Assembly: GCF_000306885.1 (NCBI RefSeq)
Contig: NC_018267.1
Coordinates: 1-32,000 of the forward strand
DNA from: Wolbachia endosymbiont of Onchocerca ochengi
GTDB lineage: Bacteria > Pseudomonadota > Alphaproteobacteria > Rickettsiales > Anaplasmataceae
Length of the DNA stretch: 32,000 nt
Direction of reading: 5' to 3'
A model generated the notes under the pieces. The model was not told where the DNA came from, made no database searches, and was given only the letters and a program-made list of their open reading frames with translations. A program made the translations under genes and the position numbers. Shown here in pieces: positions 19,568-31,394 of this stretch (its first letter is position 1; each line of letters starts with the position of its first letter).

Positions 19568-20066
19568 ATGGTTATAGGTTTAGCAGGTGAAATTGAAGTA
19601 AGAAAGAGTTTTGTAGCTAATTGCTTTAAAAAATTTTGTGCCGTTGTGTTTAACACTAATTTTATCGTATACCAGCTTTACAAAGTAAATAAGGGCATAA
19701 TAAGTTACACAGAAGAAAATTTTCCTATAGTGGTAGTAAATGGTGAAATAGATAAAAAACAGTACTATCTAAATATCTTCTAGCTTATGATGAAAATTGA
19801 AAGCAATTTCAATCTTTAGTTCATCTACTGTGCAAAATGAACTGTGATTCTCTATTGCTCAGGAAAAGAAGACTGATAAGAAACTTTTAATTTTGGATAT
19901 TCCTCTTTTGTTAGAAACAAAACTTTGTTTATATTGCGACTCTATTGTTCTTATCCATGCAGACAACATTATACAAGTTCAAAGGCTAATTCAACACAAC
20001 ATAGACAAAGAAAATCTGAATCTGATTTCTAATATTCAATTATCTATTAAGAAAAAAGAAGGATAA
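19568..20066 (+). pseudogene. coaE: dephospho-CoA kinase, degenerate
   Basis: MVIGLAGEIEVRKSFVANCFKKFCAVVFNTNFIVYQLYK (degraded GLTGGIGSGKS P-loop). Then in other frames YLLAYDEN*KQFQSLVH, SSTVQNEL*FSIAQEKKTDKKLLILDIPLLLETKLCLYCDSIVLIHADNIIQVQRLIQHN...LISNIQLSIKKKEG*. Order and motifs match CoaE (DIPLLxE, D-x-I-x-V, QxxRLxxR). Confidence 0.85.
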
Positions 20067-20137
20067 GTGACTTTGCTATTAATACCAGTACAAACAAAGA
20101 GTATGTTCTTTTTCAAAGAAAAAATATAATGGATTTG

Positions 20138-21388
20138 TTAAATTCCAGCAGTTGACTTCAACTTACAACCTGTATTTATCAAATTACTCCGAATTTCAGT
20201 TATATTATTCGTAAATTTCACTACCGAGATTTCAAACTTTGAGCTTGCATTCAAAAATGATTCAACTGACTTACCGAAAAAGTCATACCTCCACCCTTTA
20301 AATAGTTTATCCATTTGTCCAGATATCGAACCAACTAATTCATCCTTTGAAGAAACCAATTTTCTTGATATGTTATTTTCTTTACACTTGCTCTCTAGAA
20401 TAACTGAAAGTATATCAAACACAGACCTATCATGACTGTTTAACGAAGTATAATTTTGTTGTATAAAATCTTTTTCATTCTCATTGAAAATATCTACAAA
20501 TTCTAACAAATCTTTCTCCTTTACATTTTTTGCGTTCTTCTTGAGATTTTCTAAAATCTCATCAACACGCTCTACGTTTCTCTCAATAAACCCAGCTATT
20601 ATAGAATTATTAATTATTTTATTACGATTCGTATTATAGCGCTGTGCTAAGGTCTCTTGCCATTCACTAACTGCTTTAACAGTCAACGTTAATCTCGGAT
20701 TTACTCCATGATTAAACTTAATTCTCTTCCATGCATCTTTTGGACTTTGCAAATACTTATTTATATCAACCACTGATTCCATCTCTTCTCGAAACCAGCC
20801 CATTCTATTCTTTTCTTCAAGCTTATCGTGCAATATTTGATGTAGATCATATAGATGAACTACATCACTTACTGCATAGTTTAACTGATCTTCGGACAAT
20901 GGACGCTTCAACCAGTCTGAATTTTTAGCTTTAACCTTATTCAGCACTATTCCCTGATATTGTTCCACTACTTTTGAGTAACCAATAAAATTATAGTAAT
21001 AATGACAAAACATAGCAGCAACTTGGGTATCAAAAATGGGAGCAGGTATACACTTAAATACAGTAAATAAAGATTCTATGTCTTGCCGACAGCTGTGAAA
21101 TACTTTAATTATTTCTCGATCAAGCATGACTTTCTTAACAAATGATAAATCAATCTCTGGCGCTAACACATCTATAACAAAACTCCTTTCCTTATAAGAA
21201 ATTTGAATTAATGACAATTTAGGATAATAGGTTAAGTTATTTCTAACGAACTCTGTGTCAACAGCTATAAATTTTGGCTTTTTCGCTATTAGCTCCCTAC
21301 ATATATTATTCAGATCCGACATTGTGCTAATTAGCATATATTTTTCATTTAATAATGCGATTTTACCGCTTGAATTAAATTTTTGCAA
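20138..21388 (-). CDS. rnd: ribonuclease D
   Basis: 416 aa. FIAVDTEFVRNNLTYYPKLSLIQIS, VFHSCRQDIESLF, IFDTQVAAMF, LSEDQLNYAVSDVVHLYDLH, HRDC-like KETLAQRYNT-type region. Confidence 0.92.
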   Translation of the reverse strand: MQKFNSSGKIALLNEKYMLISTMSDLNNICRELIAKKPKFIAVDTEFVRNNLTYYPKLSLIQISYKERSFVIDVLAPEIDLSFVKKVMLDREIIKVFHSCRQDIESLFTVFKCIPAPIFDTQVAAMFCHYYYNFIGYSKVVEQYQGIVLNKVKAKNSDWLKRPLSEDQLNYAVSDVVHLYDLHQILHDKLEEKNRMGWFREEMESVVDINKYLQSPKDAWKRIKFNHGVNPRLTLTVKAVSEWQETLAQRYNTNRNKIINNSIIAGFIERNVERVDEILENLKKNAKNVKEKDLLEFVDIFNENEKDFIQQNYTSLNSHDRSVFDILSVILESKCKENNISRKLVSSKDELVGSISGQMDKLFKGWRYDFFGKSVESFLNASSKFEISVVKFTNNITEIRSNLINTGCKLKSTAGI

Positions 21389-21504
21389 CCAGTGACTTCT
21401 GGTAGAACTTTCTATCGCTTATATTCCCCCATAAAAGTCTTAGTTAAAGCACATGAAAACTATTTACAATCAAAGCTTAACCTGATAAATTAAAAACAGT
21501 TTAT

Positions 21505-21576
21505 TCCTCGGTAGCTCAGTGGTAGAGCAGTTGGCTGTTAACCAATTGGCCGCTGGTTCGAATCCGGCCCGGGGAG
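21505..21576 (+). tRNA. tRNA-Asn(GTT)
   Basis: TCCTCGGTAGCTCAGTGGTAGAGCAGTTGGCTGTTAACCAATTGGCCGCTGGTTCGAATCCGGCCCGGGGAG. 7-bp acceptor stem with one G:T pair, CTGTTAA anticodon loop, GGTTCGAATCC T-arm. Confidence 0.95.
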
Positions 21577-22122
21577 TCATGCTAAAACTTTAATAAAATA
21601 TAAATTTGTTACGGTAGCTTATTTTCATCGCTTATACATACAGTCTTCTGCTTTTAATTACTAGCTAAAAATTCCATCTTCTTTCCACAATTTGTTAATT
21701 TTCTACTGTTTTTCTCAGAAAATTAGGTGCTTCTTTACAATTTTGAGGAAAGTAAATAAATGAATTTTTGCAACGCTAGGAGAACCGTTTTCTGCATAAA
21801 TATAGTTAATCTAATTAAGATTTTTTAATATTTAATATGAAAAAAATAGACTTTAGCCACCATTATTTATCTAATTGTAGATTAGAAGAATTGTATAACT
21901 ACAATCTGCCCTAGCTCTTTATAGCAACACTTGAATTACTTACTAAACGTATATCAAGGAAGAACACTTTTACTTTTTATATACCAAAAATTCTTTTTAA
22001 AAGGCTGATCACAACCTTAAATCAAAAAATTTAGAAGGAGCCATAACCACAAGAGCCTTAATCCTGTATATTATAATACAAGATTTATCAAAAAAAATTC
22101 AATGTCAAAATCAGTAATATAT

Positions 22123-23148
22123 TTATAACTCTAAACTTGGTAAATTTTTAGTAAAGAGAAGTACTCCTGAAGTGAGTATTACCCAAAGTACCGATATTGG
22201 TAGAAACACTTTCCAACCAAGACGCATTAGTTGATCATACCGATAACGAGGTACAGTTGCCCTAACCCAAATAAATATGAATAATAGTAAAACTATCTTC
22301 AAAACGAACCAAACTAAACCTGGTATTTTATACAGCAAATTAAATTTCATAGGAGGATACCACCCTCCTAGAAAAAATATTGTCATCATAGCACTTGCTA
22401 AAATCATGTTAGCATATTCTCCAAGAAAGAAAAGAGCAAAAGGCATTGATGAATACTCAACGTTATATCCAGAAACAAGCTCTGCTTCAGCTTCCGGTAA
22501 ATCAAAAGGGTGGCGATTAGTTTCTGCAAGAAGTGAAATAAAAAACACTATTGCTATAGGCATTAATAACATATCAACCCAAAATGGCATATTATGCTTT
22601 ACCACTACCATTTCTCCGAGATTTAGTGTACCAGTTATAATAACAATTGTAGCAGCTATAAGGCCTATTGAAACTTCATATGAGATCATTTGAGCAGCTG
22701 ACCTTATGCTACCTAAAAATGCATAATTAGAATTACTAGACCAGCCTGCAATAATGATACCATATATTCCCAAGGAGGATATAGCTAGGACATAGAGCAC
22801 TCCGACATTAATATTTGCCATTGCCTTAGGAATTACTACTTGCTGCCCATTTTCTATAATTACTTTAGCACCAAATGGTACCACTGCCCATGCAATTAAT
22901 GCTAAAACAAAGGTAAGAATCGGAGCCATGATGAATAATATGGTATTTGCTCTAGACGGTATTATTGGCTCTTTGGTTAGTAACTTAATAGCATCTGCAA
23001 ATGGTTGTAATAGTCCAAAAGGTCCAACAACACTTGGACCATGTCGTAGTTGAATTGCACCAATAACTTTGCGCTCAAAATACACTAAATACGCAACTGA
23101 AAGCAGTAGCTGCACCAAAATGAATAAGATGTTAACTAGCGTGCTCAT
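22123..23148 (-). CDS. nuoH: NADH-quinone oxidoreductase subunit H
   Basis: 341 aa. [85 protein letters not shown]. Confidence 0.97.
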   Translation of the reverse strand: MSTLVNILFILVQLLLSVAYLVYFERKVIGAIQLRHGPSVVGPFGLLQPFADAIKLLTKEPIIPSRANTILFIMAPILTFVLALIAWAVVPFGAKVIIENGQQVVIPKAMANINVGVLYVLAISSLGIYGIIIAGWSSNSNYAFLGSIRSAAQMISYEVSIGLIAATIVIITGTLNLGEMVVVKHNMPFWVDMLLMPIAIVFFISLLAETNRHPFDLPEAEAELVSGYNVEYSSMPFALFFLGEYANMILASAMMTIFFLGGWYPPMKFNLLYKIPGLVWFVLKIVLLLFIFIWVRATVPRYRYDQLMRLGWKVFLPISVLWVILTSGVLLFTKNLPSLEL

Positions 23149-25183
23149 AAAAGGCTTTAGTACAATCTGCCATTATTTTTGAAGCGCGACTTATTGGATC
23201 TGTCATATAAAAATTACACTCTTTTAAAGTAAAAGGTTTACTGCTTAAGATTATTTTTTTACTGCAATTAGTTAAAATTAACTTGTTTTTTACCACTTGA
23301 TCAGCATTCCTAAACTGTGGACCGATAGTATCTAATTTTTTTCTCACATCAAATAAACTATCATATGGCAAGGGGAAACCCAAATATTGGGATAAATTCT
23401 TGATGATTAACCAATCTTCCTTTGCTTCGCCAGGGGGAAGTACAGCTAAATTCGTTCTTTGGGCTCGACCTTCAGTATTCACGTAAGTTGCATATTTCTC
23501 TGTGTACGCAGCCCCAGGTAAAATAATATCTGCTACATGTGCTCCTCTATCGCCATGATGACCTTGATAAATTACAAATGTATTCCCTAACTTTGATGTG
23601 TCGATTTCATCCGCACCAAGAAGATAAACAACTTCTATCTCACCACTCTCTGCTTGCTTTAATATTTGGTTGATGTCTTTTCCACCATTTTTAGGGACAA
23701 ATCCAATATCTAATCCACCAACTCTTGCTGCGGCTTTATGCAAAACATTAAAACCATTCCAGTCATCTTTAACCATATTAAATTTTTCTGCAATTGAAAT
23801 GGCTAAAGCTAAAATTGACTCGGAATCACTTCTTGTTAATGCGTCTTGACCTACAATAAGCATAGGGTTTTGGGCAGCACTCAATAGCTCGCAAAATTTA
23901 TGATCTCCATTTACTATTTCATTCAAGATATTAGGATTATTACCTAACTTTTCAACACAATATAAATACTCAACATCAGGACCAACGCTTGCAATAGGGA
24001 AATTCCCTTGTAAGTATCTTTTTCTTATACGTGCATTAATAATTGGGGCCTCTACTTTAGGATTTGTATTTATAAGTAAACATAAGTCTGCATTTTCTAT
24101 ATCCTCAATGGTGGTGTTAAACACATATGATCCACGATTGTCTGATATAAGTTTTGCTCCATCCTGTCTACAATCTAAATTTGCTGATCCAAGCTTATGC
24201 ATCATTTCCTTTAGTAAAAGCATAGATTCACAATCTGCTAAATCACCTGCAACTGCAGCTATTTTACTTGGTTCTGTACTCTTTAGCTTTTTTGCAGCAA
24301 CTGTTAATGCTTCATTCCAATCAACTGAAACTAATTTACCATTTCTCTTTATATAAGGTTGATCGAGACGTTGCACTTTTAGTCCATCGTAAGCAAAACG
24401 AGTTTTATCTGATATCCATTCTTCATTGATTTCTTCATTAAGTCTCGGTAATATTCGCATAATTTCAAGACCGCGATAGTCAACCCTGATTGCACTTCCT
24501 ACAGCATCAAGTACATCTATAGTTTCACAATGTGATAGCTCCCATGAACGGGCCTTAAACAAGTAAGGCTTCGAAGTTAAAGCCCCTACAGGACAGAGAT
24601 CTATGATATTTCCAGATAATTCAGAGCTGATGTACCTTTTCACATAAGTACTAATCTCCATCTTTTCTCCTCTACCAATTCCTCCAAGTTCATTTGTACC
24701 TGCTACATCAGACAAAAACCTAATGCACCGAGTACAATGAATACATCTATTCATTGCAGTTTCAATCAGTGGCCCAAAATATTTTTTTTGTACGGCCCTT
24801 TTATATTCATCAAATCTACTTATTCCTTTTCCATAAACCATTGTTATATCTTGTAGGTCACATTCACCACCTTGATCACAAATTGGACAGTCAAGTGGAT
24901 GGTTAATAAGCAAAAACTCAAGCACACCTTCACGTGCTTTTTTAACTTTCGGAGTATCAGTGTGGATAACCATACCTTCTACAACTGGTGTTGCGCAAGA
25001 AGCTATCGGTTTTGGAGGTCCTCCCTCAACTTCAACCAGACACATTCTACAGTTGCCAGCAATTATTAAACGCTCATGATAACAAAAGCGCGGAATTTCA
25101 ACACCTACGGTTTCGCAAGCTTGAATTATAGTAAACCCAGGCTCTACTTTACATTCCTTAGAATTAATGGTAATCTTAACCAC
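23132..25183 (-). CDS. nuoG: NADH-quinone oxidoreductase subunit G
   Basis: 683 aa. 2Fe-2S motif [65 protein letters not shown]. Overlaps nuoH by 17 nt. Confidence 0.96.
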   Translation of the reverse strand: MVKITINSKECKVEPGFTIIQACETVGVEIPRFCYHERLIIAGNCRMCLVEVEGGPPKPIASCATPVVEGMVIHTDTPKVKKAREGVLEFLLINHPLDCPICDQGGECDLQDITMVYGKGISRFDEYKRAVQKKYFGPLIETAMNRCIHCTRCIRFLSDVAGTNELGGIGRGEKMEISTYVKRYISSELSGNIIDLCPVGALTSKPYLFKARSWELSHCETIDVLDAVGSAIRVDYRGLEIMRILPRLNEEINEEWISDKTRFAYDGLKVQRLDQPYIKRNGKLVSVDWNEALTVAAKKLKSTEPSKIAAVAGDLADCESMLLLKEMMHKLGSANLDCRQDGAKLISDNRGSYVFNTTIEDIENADLCLLINTNPKVEAPIINARIRKRYLQGNFPIASVGPDVEYLYCVEKLGNNPNILNEIVNGDHKFCELLSAAQNPMLIVGQDALTRSDSESILALAISIAEKFNMVKDDWNGFNVLHKAAARVGGLDIGFVPKNGGKDINQILKQAESGEIEVVYLLGADEIDTSKLGNTFVIYQGHHGDRGAHVADIILPGAAYTEKYATYVNTEGRAQRTNLAVLPPGEAKEDWLIIKNLSQYLGFPLPYDSLFDVRKKLDTIGPQFRNADQVVKNKLILTNCSKKIILSSKPFTLKECNFYMTDPISRASKIMADCTKAFYEHAS

Positions 25184-25196
25184 AAATTTAAACCCA

Positions 25197-25409
25197 CTAT
25201 ATAGCTTCCCATTTTATAGGGCTACCACTTATTTCATCTTCAACCAAATTACCATCGTCATATTGAGCAGACATATAATTTACACGTGAATCACGATCTA
25301 TATATCTGACTGGTTTTACTGGTTTATCTTTATACATTTTTTGTTCAGCTTTTTTACGCTGAGTAGGATTATTTTTACTAGCTGTTTTTTCTTTTCCGCC
25401 TATTACCAT
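25197..25409 (-). CDS. small conserved hypothetical protein upstream of nuoG
   Basis: 70 aa ORF, same strand, 13 nt from nuoG. Highly charged with no recognisable domain. Spacing suggests co-transcription. Confidence 0.5.
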   Translation of the reverse strand: MVIGGKEKTASKNNPTQRKKAEQKMYKDKPVKPVRYIDRDSRVNYMSAQYDDGNLVEDEISGSPIKWEAI

Positions 25410-26356
25410 ATAGACTCCTAAAAATTCTTTATTTTCATTTTAACACTTGAGTATATAACGTCAATATTAAATAACTTTAAAGTTTTAATTAATAAGCAAC
25501 CACTAGTAACCAAAGAAAAATATCAGCTAGGCTTATAAGCTACGGCTAGCATTTTTATAATTTCACCATAAAAAGTCTGCTTACGCTGATTAAGTTTTAT
25601 AAATACTATGGTTGAATTAGTACAATTATAAAGGCATCCAGAAACATAGTAAGAATATAGTATAAAACAGAAAATTATAAATAGCCCAAATACCATTTTT
25701 TAAAAAGATTTTATTGTTGTTTACATCAGAATGATGTTTATAAGAGTATATCCGCATTTTTTTATATATACCACGCAGTAACTTTCCTGAAGGGCCACTA
25801 AGCTTTGCTGCCATTAATATATTAAAATATTACACTAATAGTAGTATCACAAGCATGATCATACAGATAACCAGTTTTAAGTATCATTGTATTATTATAT
25901 AACGCAGGTGAATAATGTAGAAAAAATAGAAAAAACTTGCACAAATACTATTCTTGCTATAGAACAATACCAATTACAAATACTAAAGATAGTGTCAAAA
26001 TTCCTGAATAACTCATATTTCAATATCCATAAACTTTATATATCTTACGATGTTTAAACTAGAATAAAGAAAGATATGTTATTAAATAATTGTAAGCACC
26101 CTTATCTTTATATAAAGTACTCAGATGACATTCTTGGTGATTAGCAACGTCGACGATCTACTGTATCATATTATCTTTTATTAGATGCATGAGCAAGAAA
26201 CCTACTACTAAAACAAATGGTATTACAATAAGTAAAATACAATACTGCGTCAACATATAACGTAGAAGAACCTTGCTTGAGTTAACTATAGCTAAAATTT
26301 TGCAGAAAACTATATTGCAATTCAATTAATTGACGTATAAGCTTTAAATAAAGCCT

Positions 26357-27850
26357 ATGAAAAAAATGGAAGTTTGTTATTCGTTTGACGATATACTTCT
26401 TTTACCAGCTCATTCTAATATATTGCCTTGTGATACGGATACAAAAACTTATTTAACAAACAATATAGAACTCAACATCCCTCTTATATCCTCTGCAATG
26501 GATACTGTTACCGAATCAGACTTTGCAATAACTATTGCTCAGCATGGTGGAATAGGCTGCATACATAAAAACCTATCAATAGATGAACAAGTTTCAGAGG
26601 TTAGAAGGGTAAAAAAATATGAAAGTTGGATTGTATACAATCCTATTACAATTTCCCCAGATAAAACAGTTGCGGAAGCAATTTTATTAATGAAAGAGTA
26701 TAACTACTCCGGTATTCCTGTAGTTGACCAACATAGGTTAGTTGGCATCCTCACTAACCGAGATTTAAGGTTTATTGAAGACCGGAACATAAATATAAAA
26801 GTCTCTGAAGTAATGACAAAAGATAAGTTAATTACGGTGCGGGAGCAAGAAGTGAACAGTGCTTCAGCAATGAAATTGTTACATGAAAATAGAATAGAGA
26901 AACTTTTAGTCATAGATGAGAACTCTTGTTGTATAGGATTAATTACAATTAAGGACATTGAAAAATACAATAAGTACCCCAACTCATGCAAAGACAGCAA
27001 AGGACGACTAAGAGTTGCTGCTGCAATTGGCACTGGTAAAAAGGATGGCATTGAAAGGTGTGAAGCTTTAATTGGAAAAGAAATTGACGTAATTATTATA
27101 GATACTGCTCATGGTCATTCTGAAAATGTTATTAATACCATTAGGGAAATAAAAGCTATGTACCCAAACACACAGTTAGTAGGTGGAAACATTGCTACAA
27201 AAGAGGCTGCTGAAGCGTTAATTGATGTGGGCGTTGATGCAGTAAAGGTTGGCATAGGACCTGGATCAATCTGTACAACTAGAATAGTTACAGGTGTTGG
27301 TGTACCACAATTTTCCGCAATTCAAAATGTTGCAGAAGTATGTAAGGCAAGAAAAGTAAGATTAATTGCCGATGGTGGTATAAAGTACTCAGGAGACGTT
27401 GCAAAAGCTATTGCAGCTGGCGCTGACTCTGTAATGATTGGTTCACTTTTTGCAGGCACTGACGAAAGTCCAGGTGAAATTATCACATATAAGGGTAGAA
27501 CATACAAATGCTACCGAGGAATGGGATCTATTAGCGCAATGAAAAGAGGCTCAGCTAGCCGTTATTTTCAAGACAAAGACTCAAAGCTAAAATTAGTCCC
27601 ACAAGGAGTAGAGGGAAGAGTTCCATCTAAAGGTCCAGCTTCAGGAGTAATTCATCAATTAATTGGTGGACTACAAGCTGCAATGGGATACACTGGTAAT
27701 AGGAGTATAGAAGAAATGAGAAAAAACTGTAAATTCGTTACTATCACTTCATCAGGATTAAGAGAAAGTCATGCTCATGATATAATCATTACACAAGAGC
27801 CTCCAAACTACTCTCACCAAGCATCTAATTTATCAGCCAACTCAGAGTGA
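26357..27850 (+). CDS. guaB: inosine-5'-monophosphate dehydrogenase
   Basis: 497 aa. [41 protein letters not shown], two CBS-like segments, [45 protein letters not shown]. Confidence 0.97.
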   Translation: MKKMEVCYSFDDILLLPAHSNILPCDTDTKTYLTNNIELNIPLISSAMDTVTESDFAITIAQHGGIGCIHKNLSIDEQVSEVRRVKKYESWIVYNPITISPDKTVAEAILLMKEYNYSGIPVVDQHRLVGILTNRDLRFIEDRNINIKVSEVMTKDKLITVREQEVNSASAMKLLHENRIEKLLVIDENSCCIGLITIKDIEKYNKYPNSCKDSKGRLRVAAAIGTGKKDGIERCEALIGKEIDVIIIDTAHGHSENVINTIREIKAMYPNTQLVGGNIATKEAAEALIDVGVDAVKVGIGPGSICTTRIVTGVGVPQFSAIQNVAEVCKARKVRLIADGGIKYSGDVAKAIAAGADSVMIGSLFAGTDESPGEIITYKGRTYKCYRGMGSISAMKRGSASRYFQDKDSKLKLVPQGVEGRVPSKGPASGVIHQLIGGLQAAMGYTGNRSIEEMRKNCKFVTITSSGLRESHAHDIIITQEPPNYSHQASNLSANSE

Positions 27851-28274
27851 AGTTATATAGTTGTGTAGTTAATCATATTAAGCTAATGTCTTTAGCACCA
27901 GTGGTAAGTTCGATTTATCCAGTCCACACTAATTATAAATGTTAAGAAATTTACCAAAAAAAAGAGAAAATGTAAAAAACCATAGTGTTGGTTTTAGCTC
28001 TCTAATTATAATTAAAGCTAACATTCTTTCTTACACTTAACTTAAGTGAGGTTTGGCTAAATATAGAAAAACTTTTGAAAACATATAGCTACTATAATTT
28101 TATGTAACTTGCAAAAAAATACCTTAAGTTTTTTACTGAATTTTATTACTGAATCTGCAGATCAAAAAGAAATTTTAGAATTAGAAACACTCTTAACTCT
28201 AAGAAAATAAGGTTGCTAGACTTCGTTAAGTAACTTCCATGGCAGTTAGCTACTTTCCACTAACAATCATTTTG

Positions 28275-29060
28275 CTAAATATTAGCATCAAGATACTCTC
28301 TGATCTTCTTTAAGTCTTCCCAAGCTAAACGTTTTTGCGATGGTTGACGAAGTAGGTAAGCTGGATGAAATATAGCAATTGTAGTAATTGAATGGAATAA
28401 ATATTGGTTAGTATAAGTATGAAATCTACCACGTAAGGTTGATATAATTTTCGTGTTATCAAGAAGACTATAACACGCGATTCCCCCAACTAAAACCAGA
28501 ATCTTCGGTGAAATCAGTACAATATGTTTTTCGACAAATGGCCTACATATATCAAGCTCTAAGTTAGTTGGTTTTCTATTACCTGGTGGACGCCAAAATA
28601 CAACATTGCTTATATATACTTTAGTGCGGTCGAGGTTTATTGCATTTAACATTTTATCAAGCAGCATTCCACTTGCGCCACAAAATGGTATGCCTTGCAG
28701 GTCTTCACTTGCACCTGGAGCTTCACCAATAAGCATAATTTTTGCATTTGGATTACCATCGGAAAAAACAGTATTAGTTGCAGTTTTTTTTATCTCACAA
28801 CCTTCAAACGATGTAACTACACTTCTTAGTTCACTTACACTATTACACTTGCTTGCAAGCTTTCTCGCCTCAATTACCCAATCACTTGGAAACATAAATT
28901 GTTGCCCTTTTCTTTGGGTTTCAGCCTGAATGGTAGTGGACTGTATAAACTTACTTTCTTTTTCTTCCTTTACTTCCTTTTCCTCTTCGCTCTCTGTTAA
29001 CGTACAATCAATACCCTCTTCGTAGTAGAATCTCAATAATTCCAGATCTTCATTACTCAT
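28275..29060 (-). CDS. uracil-DNA glycosylase, family 4-like
   Basis: 261 aa. AKIMLIGEAPGASEDLQGIPFCGASGMLLDKML, YISNVVFWRPPGNRKPTNLELDICRPFVEKHI, TIAIFHPAYLLRQPSQKRLAWEDLKKI. Confidence 0.9.
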   Translation of the reverse strand: MSNEDLELLRFYYEEGIDCTLTESEEEKEVKEEKESKFIQSTTIQAETQRKGQQFMFPSDWVIEARKLASKCNSVSELRSVVTSFEGCEIKKTATNTVFSDGNPNAKIMLIGEAPGASEDLQGIPFCGASGMLLDKMLNAINLDRTKVYISNVVFWRPPGNRKPTNLELDICRPFVEKHIVLISPKILVLVGGIACYSLLDNTKIISTLRGRFHTYTNQYLFHSITTIAIFHPAYLLRQPSQKRLAWEDLKKIREYLDANI

Positions 29061-29589
29061 AGCGCCTCTTAACCTTTTGTGCTTTTTTCATAGCTATATC
29101 ATACTTTAATTTAGATAAATGTCTAATATATAATATACCATTTAAATGATCTATCTCGTGTTGAATACATCTTGCAAGCCAACCACCAGCTTTTAGCATC
29201 TGCCCTTCATTATTTAAATCTTTATACTTTACAGTTAAATATTTTGGACGTCTGATTTCATAATTTTGCTCAGGAATTGAAAGACATCCTTCTTTAAGAA
29301 TTATTTGCTCATCAGATAACTCTATAATTTCAGGATTAATCATACAAAATTCACCGGTTGATTCATGTCCTGCTAACCCACTTTCAACATCTTCTAACTG
29401 GACATCCATAACAAAAACCCTCTTCAACACTCCAACTTGCACTGCAGCAAGGCCAAAACCCTCTGCATCATACATAGTTTCAAACATGTCGTTTACTAAT
29501 TCTCTAATTTCATCGTTTATATCTATTACTTCACTAGCACGTATAGTTAACTTTCCATCGGGGGCAATTATAATTGGCAGTTTAGGCAT
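29053..29589 (-). CDS. def: peptide deformylase
   Basis: 178 aa. GFGLAAVQVG (motif 1), EGCLSIP (motif 2), QHEIDHLNG (motif 3). Overlaps the downstream glycosylase by 8 nt. Confidence 0.95.
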   Translation of the reverse strand: MPKLPIIIAPDGKLTIRASEVIDINDEIRELVNDMFETMYDAEGFGLAAVQVGVLKRVFVMDVQLEDVESGLAGHESTGEFCMINPEIIELSDEQIILKEGCLSIPEQNYEIRRPKYLTVKYKDLNNEGQMLKAGGWLARCIQHEIDHLNGILYIRHLSKLKYDIAMKKAQKVKRRYE

Positions 29590-29734
29590 AAGGCTATAAT
29601 TTTATATTTTATTTTTTCTCTTGTCCAGTATTTAAGGTATATTAAAATGTTGCTGTACTCCTACAATTACAATAGAAATATAAATTATTAAAGCAAGCTA
29701 CAATTTAAATGAAATTCTATAATAAGATTAACTA

Positions 29735-30973
29735 ATGTACTCTGCAGTAATAGTAAAACCAAAAAGAAACACTTTTGCTGTTTTAGATATAGGTACAACA
29801 AAGATTATTTGCCTAATTGTTGAGATCAGTGGAAACCTTAACTACAAAATAACAGGAACAGGTTATAAGATTGCAGAAGGTATAAATGGTGGATCAGTAA
29901 CTGATATAAAACATGCAAATTGCTCTATCTCATCAACTATAGCTCTGGCTAAACAAATATCAGAGAAAACCATAGACCAAATATACGTTAATGTTGCTGG
30001 ATGCGGAATCTCATCTTTCAATACACATAACGAAATTATTACAGCTAATCATGAAATTTCTGACCGAGACATAAAACGTGTAGTCTCTCAAACATTTGAG
30101 AAATACATTGAAGAAAACATTATCATTCACAATATACCACTGAAATATCAATTAGACGACATGACTGATATAAAGGAGGTCAGTGGTTTATATGGGAAAA
30201 AACTATCTGCTGACATGAATGTTGTTACTGCTTCGCGTCCGGCACTTACCAACATTGAAAATTGTATAATCAATAATGACGGAATAAGTATGGCTGGTTG
30301 TGTTGCTTCTGCGTATTCTGCTGGTTTTGCTTGTCTAAGTGAAGATGAAAAAGAGCTCGGAACTGCTATTGTTGATATAGGGGGTGGATATACTGCAGTC
30401 GGAATTTTCAAGCGAGGCAAGCCCATATATGCAAGCAGTATTCCAATCGGCGGTGTTCATATCACTCGAGATATAGCTTATGGGCTATGCACAAGTATAG
30501 AATATGCAGAACGTATAAAAATATTGTATGGTAACACTATTATAACCTCAATAGATAAAAACGAATATATTACAGTGCAAAATAATGAAAATGATGAACC
30601 AATTCAAGTGCCCAAGTACAAACTTGTTGATATCGTAAGACCAAGAGTTGAAGAAATACTCGAACTAGTAAAAGAGCAATTTCAAGAACAGAAAAACCTA
30701 ATTAATAAAGTAATCATCACAGGAGGAACAAGTCAGCTCACAAGCATGAAAGAGATTGCAAGCTACGTATTCAATAAACAAGTCCGTATTGGGTATCCTG
30801 AATCTTGTAATGGTCTCGAAGATGAATACAATAAAAATCCCATATTTTCTGCTGCTATAGGTTCCATAAAACTTATAATTGACACTTTTTACAAAAATAA
30901 TGCTAGAATGCTCAATCACGATAGTAAAATAGGTAAATTATACCACTGGGTAAAATCAAAGATTACAGCTTAG
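29735..30973 (+). CDS. ftsA: cell division protein FtsA
   Basis: 412 aa. FAVLDIGTTKIICLIVEI, YVNVAGCGISSFNTH, ADMNVVTASRPALTNIENCI, GTAIVDIGGGYTAVGIFKRG, VIITGGTSQLTSMKE. Confidence 0.93.
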   Translation: MYSAVIVKPKRNTFAVLDIGTTKIICLIVEISGNLNYKITGTGYKIAEGINGGSVTDIKHANCSISSTIALAKQISEKTIDQIYVNVAGCGISSFNTHNEIITANHEISDRDIKRVVSQTFEKYIEENIIIHNIPLKYQLDDMTDIKEVSGLYGKKLSADMNVVTASRPALTNIENCIINNDGISMAGCVASAYSAGFACLSEDEKELGTAIVDIGGGYTAVGIFKRGKPIYASSIPIGGVHITRDIAYGLCTSIEYAERIKILYGNTIITSIDKNEYITVQNNENDEPIQVPKYKLVDIVRPRVEEILELVKEQFQEQKNLINKVIITGGTSQLTSMKEIASYVFNKQVRIGYPESCNGLEDEYNKNPIFSAAIGSIKLIIDTFYKNNARMLNHDSKIGKLYHWVKSKITA

Positions 30974-31394
30974 TGACCTTATCAAGAGAAAGTGAAGAGA
31001 AAGATAACTCGCTTCATAGAAAGGCATATACCATTGCTACATGCAATGATATGATATAATAATTAGAACTTTAACCTAAAAGTAGTGACCACAATCAATG
31101 CACTAACTTCACCTAGAACGCCAAACGACTCACTTTATTTCTAACTTTTCCTTCAACAAAACTTTTGGCTTTATTAACAATCCTTTCTATACGTAGTGCT
31201 TTTTTAATGTTTCATAATGTTGTAAGAAAATTCCATAATTTTTATCATCTATTCAAAGATTAGTATAATCACCTCTCGCTTTCACATAATAAAATTAAGA
31301 TAAAAAATTATTATTTTAAGGTATTGATATATCAATAAAGTCAATAGTAAACTGAAAAATTCTGATTATAATTTACCTTGAGGCTTTTAAATTT

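Noticed and set aside
21837-21914. Short plus-strand ORF MKKIDFSHHYLSNCRLEELYNYNLP*
   Set aside because: Only 25 codons, no motif, no clear ribosome-binding site. Not enough to call a peptide or leader.
25626-25814. 62 aa minus-strand ORF MAAKLSGPSGKLLRGIYKKMRIYSYK...
   Set aside because: N-terminus looks protein-like but the remainder is AT-driven hydrophobic sequence. No family recognised, possibly a remnant.
26704-27051. 115 aa minus-strand ORF
   Set aside because: Antisense to guaB, no domain.
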